IMG/VR virus record: IMGVR_UViG_3300012663_000759
Location: 4,772-68,771 of that record
Source: a virus
Reading direction: 5' to 3' (one strand)
DNA length: 64,000 nucleotides
Part shown: positions 9,705 through 21,700 of the stretch, piece after piece
How positions within the stretch are numbered: the first letter of the stretch is position 1
Layout of the letters: each line of letters begins with the position of its first letter
Translations under genes and position numbers: made by a program
The notes under the pieces: generated by a model
Told to the model about the DNA's origin: nothing
The model's input: only the letters and a program-made list of their open reading frames with translations
The model's database searches: none

Positions 9705-12700
9705 TGGCAAATAATAGAAAATCATTAGATTTGCTTCCTGCATTTTTTAGAACAGAACGAAACAATAAATTTTTATCAAGTACATTAGATCAGCTAACAT
9801 CTCCGCCTGAACTAACAAGAATTGACGCATTTGTTGGAAGTAAAAATACTCCTAACTATAATTCTAGTGATTTATATATTCAAGAATCAAATCCTATAAG
9901 AGAAGCCTATCAATTAGAACCTGCTCTTGTTGTAAGAACACTAACTGGCGAAATTAAAAAAGCATTTGCGTTAGACGATTTGTTAAATCAAGTTTCTATG
10001 CAAGGTGGTAACTCATCTAATCTTAACAGATCATTTAGTCCAAAATTTTATTCATATGACCCTAATATTGATTGGGATAAATTTATAAATTTTAGAGAAT
10101 ACTACTGGTTACCTCTAGGCCCTGATGCAGTTCCAGTTAGTGGATCTGTTAGGTCCACAGTAACTGAAATATCAGTAACTGATGCAACTGATGATGTTCA
10201 GTTTTTGTTTGATGATTTAACTCCGACAAAGCAATTAACATTATACAGAGGAACTACCTATGTCTTTAATGTTAAATCAAAACATAATTTTTATATTAAG
10301 AATACAACTACTATTGGTCCCTTAGATCAATACGGATTAGGAATTACAAACAACGGTACAAACAATGGACAGATTACCTTTGTTGTTGATTGGCAAGTTC
10401 CGAATAGATTATATTATACTTCAAACGATAATCAATATTCAACTGGTATGATAGTTATTAAAGAAGCTTCAGAAAATTCTTCAATCAATGTTGAAGAAGA
10501 GATTTTAGGAAAGCAGAACTATACATCTGGAAATAATGTTAAATTTATAAACGGTCTTAAAATATCCTTTACAGGTTCTGTATTTCCTGAAAAATACAGA
10601 GACACTCAATATATCATTGAGGGAGTAGGCCACAGTATCAAACTAATTAAATTTGCAGACCTCGATACACCCGATAGTATTGCAGACTTGTATAACGCTA
10701 GATTTGACGGAACAAACTTTGACGATTTTCCGTTTGATAATTTTAAGAATATACCGTTAGTTCCGGAATACATTACTATTAATCGAGCCAGTACCGACTT
10801 AAATCCTTGGTCTAGATATAATAGATGGATTCATTCTGATGTTATCAGAGCAGTTGCTAACATTAATAATACTCCGGCAATTTATCCTAACGAATATAGA
10901 GCTCAGCGTCCGATAGTAGAATTTCAACCAGACCTACAACTTTATAATTTTGGTTCCACATCAATTCCTAACGTTGCGCTTGTAGATAATACTATTACCG
11001 ATGTTTTTTATAAAATAGAAAATCAATTAGGATTTTATATAGATAATGTTTTATTAGAAGAGGGGTACAGAGTTATTTTTAATGCCGATGTTGATCCTCT
11101 AGTTCGAGGAAAAATATTTAAGGTACATTTTGCTATAGTAAACGGTGTTCAAAAAATAGACTTAATACCAGAAGAAGATGTTATTGTGCCGGGTTCAGTT
11201 GCGTTAATAACACAAGGTACATTACACGGTGGATCGTCTTGGTATTTTGACGGAACAATGTGGATTGAAGGACAAAAAAGGACTTATAGGAATCAGCCTC
11301 CGCTATTTGATTTATTCGATAAAGACGGTTATAGTTACAGCGGATCTAATTACGCATCTAACTTCAAGGGAAACAAAATATTTGGATATGGAATAGGGTC
11401 TGGATCAAAAGATACCGTCTTAGGGTTTCCGCTATTATATAGAAACGTAGGAGTTGAAGGAACGTATCTCTTTAAGAATTATTTTGCTATTGATGAGTTT
11501 TTAATAGTTAGTAATACAGTAACTAAAGTAGTAACAACTGCCCAAACATTTTTTAAGAAATCTGGTAATCTAATAAATTCTTGGGTAGATGCTGAAGATT
11601 ACGAAGTTCCTAACACTAGTGGCATTTTTGAAGTTCCGGTTAATGTAACAAATAATCCATTGAATGGCCCAATTGCAGAGTTTACTCTAACAGAATTATC
11701 AGATCATGTGCAATCCATGATAGCTCGCTCCCCAGAATTTGAAGGTGTTTTTCCAGGAGTTGGAAATATAAAAGATATTTTTAATATCAGTAGATATGGC
11801 ACTAGATTAATTTCTAATGTAAATCCGGCAGGATTTGCACATCATTTCATAACAGACAAAGAAAATAATTTAATTGATGCAACTCGATTAGTGGGCGAAC
11901 ATTATGCACAGTTTAGATTAAATTTAATAAAATTTATTTCAACATATGATCAATCAGCCTCCCCTGCTGATGCACTCGATAGTGTGTTACAATTAATAAA
12001 TCAAAATAAAACTACAACATTTCCTTACTATTACAGTGACATGCTTCCTGCAGGTACCGGTGCAATTATTAGGAATTATAAAGTAACTGATTCTAGAAAT
12101 GTAAAATATGGATTACCTGATACTATTGATATTACAACATTAAGTAATCGAGGGTTGCTAGTTTATCTGAATGACATTCAATTACTAATTAATATTGATT
12201 ACACACTTGACAAGTACGATGCTAACGTTGAGATTTTAACACCCCTTGTTCGTGGCGATAATATTACTGTTAAATTTTATTCCAACACTACTGGGGTATT
12301 TGTTCCGCCGACTCCTACTAAGCTCGGATTGTATCCAAAATTTGAACCAAAGTTATATTTAGATGGCTCATTTTCTAAAGATGCAAAATATGTAATACAA
12401 GGGCACGACGGCAGTGTAACTATTGCGTTTGGAGATTATCGAGATCAGGTTCTTTTAGAATATGAAAAGCGAGTGTTTAATAACATTAAAGTTGAGTATA
12501 GGCAAGATTTACTTGACATAACAACAGTAATGCCTGGCGTGTTTAGAACTCCTGAATTTAGTTATGCAGAATTAATAAATCCTATACATTCAGATTTTCT
12601 TAAATGGAAGACTACTTACGGTGTTGATGCCGATACTAACTTAACATTTAATATTGATCAACATAAATCTTACAATTATAGTAATGTAGTCTTGCCCGAC

Positions 12701-15700
12701 GGTAGGAAATTGCCAGGAAACTGGCGAGCAATTTTTAAGATGTATTTTGATACAGATCGACCTCATACACATCCGTGGGAAATGCTAGGTTTTTACATAA
12801 AACCTTCTTGGTGGGAAGATACATATGGTCCTGCTCCGTATACCTCGGGTAATAATATTTTATGGGAAGATTTAGAAAACGGATTTATTAGAAATGGAAG
12901 CCGAACAGGTATAGATACTATATATGCTCGACCGGGGCTATCTAATTATATTCCTGTAGATGATAACGGAGATCTATTAGAAATTAGATTTTGGGGAATC
13001 CTTGGAGAACAAGGGTCGCTAACTAACGCCGACGGTTCATGGAAATTTGGAGACTCGGGTCCTGCAGAATCAGCGTGGAGGCGTAGTGTGTATTGGCCTT
13101 TTGCTGTACAAATTATGATGGCAGCGGCAAAACCTGTACTTTACTCGGCCACACTTTTTGACACCAGTCGATTTATTAAAAACGTAGCAGGCCATTATGT
13201 TTATTCTGAAGATAATTTATTTTTAAGTCAATCTAGAGTATTAGTGCCATATTCGATAGTTAATGATCAACCGGTATTAACTTCGGGGTACAGTGTATTT
13301 GTAGTCGAAGCAGGATTAATTAAAACATCTAACTATATAGATCAATTAAAAGTAGAACTTACAAATTCTACTTTTAATTTAATGAATAAAGTAGGCGGAT
13401 TTGTTAGCAAAGATAAACTTGAAATTGTTATTGATTCTGTAAATCCGAATAGTATAAATCCTGGAATTTTACTTCCTGCAGAAGACTTTGCTATACATTT
13501 TAATGTAAGTAACCCGGTTGATACAGTTAATATTTCTGGAATTATTATTCAAAAATACAAAGGCGAATTTGTTTTAAGGGGATATGATAAAACTCACCCA
13601 GTTTTTACTATATATAAGCCAATTCCTCAAAACTCTGACATAAGCATAACTGTAGGCGGAATATCTGAGGATTATGTTAGTTGGTCGACAAATGTATTTT
13701 ATTCAGTTGGCCAGGTAGTATACTACGATAATATATTTTACAGATCAACTAATAATCATAATTCTGGATTATCTTTTAAGAGTACAAATTATTCAAAATT
13801 ACTTGAGTTGCCAATAGTTAATGCAACAACTGTTCAATATTCTTCAGTGTACGATTCAACACCGATTGATATACAGTATGGTGCCTCCTATAGAACCCTA
13901 CAAGAAGTTTCCGATGTAATAGCAGGTTACGGAAAATATCTATCTTCTAAAGGATTTATATTTGATGGGTATGATGCAGACCTTGGCGAAAACTTAGACT
14001 GGAAGCTAACTATAAAAGAATTTATATATTGGGCTACTCAAAATTGGGCAGACAATAGTGTTATTACATTAAGTCCGTTTGCAAATACATTAAAATTCAA
14101 ATTCCAATATTCTGTATTAGACGACATTTTTAGTAGTTTCTATAACTACTCGATATTAAAATCAGATGGTTATGGATTCCCTCAAAACGAATTAAGTATT
14201 AGTAGAGCAGACGGCACATGTACTATATCATCTAAAAATAAAACTGAAGGAATATTTTTTGCTTCTCTTCGACTAGTTCAAAAGGAACACGCATTAATAT
14301 TCAACAACTACAGTAGATTTAGTGATACAATATATGATATTGAGACCGGATACCGCCAGCGTAGAATTAAATTAATTGGATTTAGGACAGCAAATTGGAA
14401 CGGTGATTTCTTTAGTCCGGGTTTTATATACGACTCGGCAACAATACAAACATGGAAATCTTATGAAGATTATTTGGCCGGCGATATTGTAGAGTATGCA
14501 GGTAACTATTATTCTTTAGATAGAAATCTTCCAGGCAAAGAAAAATTTGACTTTACTAATTGGGTCAAATTAGGAAGCAAACCAGTAGCACAATTAATTC
14601 CAAACTTTGAATATAAAATTAATCAGTTTGAAGATTTTTATAGTTTAGATATTGATAACTTTGATGTTAGTCAACAACAACTTGCTCAACATCTAACTGG
14701 GTATTCTTCTAGAATATACTTAAACAATATTTTCTTTAATTCAATTGCCCAATATAAATTTTTTCAAGGATTTATTAAAGAAAAAGGTACTAAGAATGCT
14801 CTTGATAAATTGGCTAGAGCAAGCGTTCATAACTTACAAGGTAAAATTAATTTTAATGAAGAATGGGCATTTAGGATAGGATCATTTGGTGCATATTCGT
14901 CTTTAACAGAGATTGAATTTCCCTTAGCAGAATATAAATTTGTAGATAACAGTCAGATAATTAAATTTGTTGACGATGCTCCTGTTATAGAATACGATCC
15001 AACGGCATATATTACGCCAGCAGATTTAACAATAACTCCCAATGATTATTTGCCCGGTTCTACATTTTTAACTACTTTTAATCCCTATAATATTACACCA
15101 TTTTCGTTGCCTGTTGCAGGGTATGCAAGATTAGACGATGTTGATTACTCAGTTAAAGATAAATCTGACTTAACAAACTATGTACCGGGCGGATTGATTA
15201 ACGTAGGTGATACTTTTTGGATAGCATATGATGATAATAATGATTGGGGTGTATATAGATATGCTAGATTAAATTGTGCTGTTATATCAGTGTCTGATGA
15301 TATTCCTCGAACAACAATGATGTTTGAGACTAATCGTTATCACGGACTGGTAGTTGGAGATATAATTGCGGTATCTAGATTTAGTACAGAGGTAGACGGA
15401 GTTTATACAATTAAAGAAATCCCGTTATTAAATCAATTTATTGTTAGTACTACAAAAGCTGCCCCAGCAAATTATAACGATTTTGGTTCCTTATTCAGGT
15501 TCCTACCATCTAGATTTAGTAAATTTGATGATTTAGCAGATGCTATTCTTCCTGATAATTTTATAACCGGAAAGAAAGTTTGGATCGATTCAAATGAATC
15601 CGGACGTTGGGAAGTCTACGAAAAAATTAATAACTATACTTCTTCAATTCTTCCAAATGGAATTATTGAAAATCTTCCAGGATACGGATCTTCTATTGTG

Positions 15701-18700
15701 TCTAAGGAAACTTCTACACTAGTATTAATTTCTGCACCAAACTCATCAGATAATAATAACGTAGGTAGAGTATTTGTTTGTAGAAATAATGACACTGGAA
15801 AGTTAACTCCATTATTTAGTTACAGTATTAACAGTGCTATTAATCAATATTACAATAATACAGGAGGATCTCCTGCACTAGTTGGAAACGGAATTGACTA
15901 CGACCCCGATGATACAATTTTAGTAGTAGGTGCTCCTTATGCATCTGAAGTTAAAAGTGATCCATCTGGCATCACTAGGTTTGTTAAAGAAGAAAATAGC
16001 CCGTCTGGTATTGCTAACGAAGGCATGATTGTAATTTCAACAATATTGCCAAACGGAATTTCTGAAAATTTAGATCTACGACTGATGGTTTCGAGTACAG
16101 AACCTAGCGAAGATCAGCTTTTTGGTTTTAGTATATTTTTAGGAAGTACATATAGAACGGAAGTTGACGAAGTTACTGGAGACACTACAAATTATAAACG
16201 ACTACTAGTTGGAGCTCCGGGCCACAATGACGGAAGCGGTACAGTATTTTCTTATGATGTTATATACACTTACTCATTCGATAACTTAACAACAAGTTTA
16301 GATGTTGTAGCAACGCCAACTTTTGACATTTCTCCACCCGGTGATCCTATTGACACGGGAATGCGATTTGGGGAAAAAATTGTTGGAAATAAAACAGGAA
16401 CTAGAATTTTAGTTTCGGCGCCTCACGATATTACAAATATAGGCGAATCAGATCACGGCGGACACGTTTTGGCATATGAGCTCAATACTGATACTGATCA
16501 ATATGATCAAGCAGACAGCATAACGTGGGAATCTCCTGCACCAGTAGATGCCGGAGTAACAAATGACTCTGAGTTTGCATACGATATTAGTATAGATGAT
16601 TCCGGAACGTTTATATTTGTTTCAGCTCCTAGTACCATTGATAGAGTTTTGGAAAGAGGCAAAGTTTTTATCTATAAGTGGACAAGCACTGGAATTGCGT
16701 TTCATCAACTTATTAGTAATCCGTCATCTACACCTGGGACTAAATTTGGTCATAGTATTGAAGCAGACGCCGCCGGAAATATAGTAACTATTACTTCGAT
16801 GGGAGATAATTATTTTTCAGGAGTTACGTTTGATTCGGGAGCCACAACATTCGATGCCGAAGCAACTATATTTGGAGATTTAATTAGAGATGTAGGAACA
16901 GCATACGTCTATAATAGATATCAAGAAAAATTTGTATTTTCTGCAGAATTATTTGATACGTCTGTTAAAGCAAATAGTGAATATGGCTGGGCAGTATCCA
17001 CTAATAGAAATGCAATTTATGTATCAGCACTTAACTATGAAAAAGTAACTGGAACTAAATCCGGAGCAGTACATGTATGGAATGCTATTGATCCGTCAAT
17101 AAACAGTTGGAAGCTTTCTAGAATACAAGATGATTTAGTTGATGTTCAAAAGATCAAACAAGTTAAAACAATTGACACATTCCATAATACTGTGAAAGAT
17201 TATGTTGAGATATTTGACCCTATAAAAGGAAAAATTCCAGTACTAGCAGATCAAGAACTTAGATATAAAACATCTTTTGATCCAGCAGTTTATAATACAG
17301 GAACTGAAAGAACTATAGTTATTGATAATAATACAGCATGGAAATCAGAACATGTTGGGGAATTGTGGTGGGATTTAAGTTCTGTAAAATATGTCTGGTA
17401 TGAACAGGGCGATGTTGAATATAGAAAAAATAACTGGGGATCAATTTTTCCTGGATGTTCTATTGATGTCTACGAATGGGTAAGCTCAGTGCATCTACCA
17501 TCAGTCTGGGCAGACGATGCAGACACACAAGCCGGCTTAGCCGCATCTATTAGTGGTCGCCCTAAATTTATACTTAATACTGCGTATTCAGTTGAACAAG
17601 TTTATAGCCCTGTTACAAATCTTTACACAAATATATATTATTATTGGGTCAGTAACTCTGTTATAATCCCTGATAGACAAGGTCGTGCTATTTCAGCCTC
17701 AGACGTTGCTGGACTAATTTCAAATCCAAAATTGTATGACTTAAAATACATAGAACCGTTATCTAAAAATTCTTTATCTATAACAAACGTTAAGGATTCT
17801 TTAATTAATGAGCGTATTTCGTTAAACATTTATTCAGACGAAATTAATAACGAAAACAATAAACATACTGAATGGTTATTGTTAGAAGAAGGATCTCCAC
17901 ATAGTCTACCCAATGAACTATTAGAAAAGAAGATGATAGACAGTTTGTTAGGACACGATAGCTTAGGAAACGCTGTACCCGATCCAATATTATCAGACAG
18001 ACAACGATATGGAATAGAAATTAGACCTAGACAGTCAATGTTTAAGGATAGGATTTCTGCACTACGAAATTTTGTTGAGTATGCTAATAGCATATTTGCA
18101 GATAATTTAATTACAGATTATTACAGTTTTGATACTCTAATAAGTCAAGATTTAATACCAGAAAACAGCAGTGGAGTGTTTGATGTTATTGTTGATGATA
18201 TTGATGCAAGAAATGAAATTTATGTAAAATCTATACAGGCAAAATTAAGTTGTAGTCTAGTAAACGGCAGAATAACAGTGGTGTCAATAGACAATCCCGG
18301 ATACGGTTACGGTAAATTGGATCCATATACATACGGCGAAAATGGAGATGTACTAACATGGAGGGGTCCTGTTGTTGAAATTTTCAATGATAGTAACGGA
18401 GCAAAAATTGAAACGTTTATAGATTTAGAAGGTAAAATTGTTTCAACAATTATAGTAGAATCTGGAAATGGATATCTAGAAGCCCCAGATTTATATGTTA
18501 GACCATTTACTGTGCTAGTTGCCTCCGATATAAATTCTCGAGGATTATGGGCGGCATATTCTTTGTTGGATAATACTTGGACCAAAGTACAGACTCAAAA
18601 TTATAATACTAATTTGTATTGGGATAGAGTCGATTGGCTGTCCAAAGATTTTAATCCTTATAGAATAATTACTGCCACAGTTGAACAAACTTACCAATTG

Positions 18701-21700
18701 TCGGAATATATATTAGATGTAGGAGACTACATTAAAGTTAATAATGTTGGATCAGGCCGCTATATTATTCTTAGAAAAACTAACGGTACTGGCGGAACAT
18801 TTAATTCTGATTTTGATGTAATGTATAGTCAAAACGGCACAATTAAAATCAATAGTAAGATTTGGGAATACAGCCTATCTCAATTAGGATTTGACCAAGT
18901 ATCTCCATACGATAACACGTTCTTTGACCAAACTCCAGACGTTGAATTAGAAAAAATAATTTATGCATTACGAGATGATTTATTTGTAGGAACCTTAAAA
19001 GTTTATTGGAATAAAGTATTTTTTGCCTGCGTAAAATATGCATTAACTGAACAAAAATATTTAGATTGGGCATTCAAAACTAGCTTTATCTCAGTCCATA
19101 ATAATGCAGGTATCTTAGATCAGAGGCCCGTATATAAATTCCAAGATACTCAATGGTATGAGGATTATCTAAATGAAATTAAACCGTACCATACTCAAAT
19201 TAGAAATTATCAATTAGTGTATAATGTAGTAGAACCTACACAAACTTTTACAACTGACTTTGATTTACCGTTAGTGTACGATAAGAATTCTAGCAAATAT
19301 ATTTCATTAAGCGAAACAAATAGCAATTTATTGAATACCTATCCTTATAAAGGATGGTATAGTAATAGAACATTATACGTTGGATCAATAGTTGTAGATG
19401 ATCAAGGATTGGGTTATGTTGGAGTTCCGGAAGTACAAATTATTTCTTCGTTTAACGACACTATTGTTCGATCAGCAACTGCAACAGCAATTTTAGCTGG
19501 CGGAAAGATTATTAGAGTAGACGTAACTGATCCAGGGGAAGGCTACACAGAGAATCCATCAGTACTAATTGTCGGAGGAGGAGTATCGGCAGGCGGCACA
19601 GTTGCTAGAGCTTCTGCTAGAATGGCTAATGGTAAAGTACGGGCTAATACAGTTGGCTTAAAATTTGATAGAATAGCAAGGTCTTCTCAAGTAGGTAGCA
19701 AAGATGTAACTGACACATTTACTGCAAACGGAGTTCAGACAGAGTTTGTACTAACCTGGCCTGCAACAATTGATAAAACTGAAATTAAGTTAACCATTAA
19801 CGGAATTATTGTTGCTACTTCTAATTTTGAAGTTGTTGAATTTACTTCAAATGAATTTGGATATACTAAAACTTATACTAAAATATTATTAAATTATTCT
19901 CCAAATAAAGATTCTATAGTAAAAGTGCTGTATCCTAAGAGTATTAATATATATTCTGCATATGACAGAATTTCTGATTATTTTGATGTTGTTCCTAAAG
20001 AGTCCCCCGGAGCGAATCCAAATGAAAAATATGCTCAATTAATGAAAGGTATGGAATATCCTGGAACAGAAATTGTAACAGAACAGTTTTCGTATGATTA
20101 TACTTGGGGATCCATTCCATATGGAACCGCCAAATGGGATCAAACAGGATTACTAGAAACTGACATCGACTCAATTATAGACGGGGGTGATATAACAACA
20201 TCTACTTCTGGTGTATTTTCTAGTGCATCTGGAATATCTCCGTCCGATATAATACTAGACGGTGACACATTTATTTCTCCTATTAGAAGTTATGCTCCTG
20301 AAGAATTAGTTCCCGGAGAGACAAAAGAATCAGTTGGGTTTAGTTTGTTCACAAGATCTAGTAACGGTAGTGCAATGGTATATACACAATTTTATAATGC
20401 ACTAGCATTTCAAGATCAAACTATAACAATGAGTTTAACTCCACCGAGTGTAGGATCGATTACGTTAACTTATGACAAAGTGTTATTGGCACAGTTTATC
20501 GATTATACTATTGATTTTTCTACAAATACTATTAAACTATTTGGAAGAGAATTTAGTGGAGTTGTTGCTATAACTTATGTAGACATTGGCGGAACAGGAT
20601 TTATTAGCTTAGATCATGCAGTAACTGAAGGTGCTACTTCCGCTGTCGTTTTTGGAAATTGTCTATATGATCAAGTTAAAAGTGTATACGTAACAGTAGA
20701 TGGCGCCCGTGTATATCTTCCTAATTCTTTTGTTCTGCAGAATATCTATTATACATTAACACCCTCAAGCGACACTGATCAAAGAGCAAAAGTTACAGTA
20801 TTCGGGTTAGGAACTGAGGAAAAGAAAACAATATCAGCGGCATTTTTTACATCGCCGTTTAAGGGATTTAGTGAAATATATGAACAAAGAATACAGGATG
20901 CTACTGGCGGCGACAGAGAAATAACTCTTATTCAACCTCCTGGAAATTTAGGCCCCGCCTCAGCAAATTCTATTGTTGAAGTTAATCGCAGACGAATAAC
21001 TCCACCAAATACTACTTACTATGAAATTAATGATACTCAGCAAACTGTATTTGATATTTCTATTAAGAAAATATATCCAACAAATACTTTTGACAAGACA
21101 ACTATAGTAGTATACAAAAATGGAATAACTGTCCCTAAAGAAATATATTTTATTGATGATGTAAACAATCAGATTGTTCTTCCAACTAACTTTACTGCAT
21201 TAGGCGATGTATTAGCAATTACTGCATTAATTGACTACGAATATGTAATTAATGGTGATAAATTATTAATTACAAATAAAGTTGATTTAATTCCACCAAA
21301 CTATGTAAGGATTTTAACTTTTACTAATCAAGATGCTAGTTTGATAAGAACCGAAGTTTATCCCGCCAATAGTTCTAGGTTGTATAAATTATCTAGACCA
21401 ATAGTTAATGATAACTTTGTATGGATGTCTATAGGTGGAAAAACATTAACAAGTGGTATTGATTTTGAAATTCTTGATGACAAAATAACTATACAAGTTG
21501 ATATAAATGTACCCTATATAGATTCTGATGAAGCTATAATTACAAGTTTCTCTGAAAATGTTGCAGGAAAAACAACAGGCATTAGAATTTTTAGAGATGT
21601 TGTTGGCAGGACACATTATAAAACATTAAGTCGAAATGAGACTACCTATCTTACTGAACCGTTGCAATTAACTGATACAGAAATATCAGTATCAAACGGT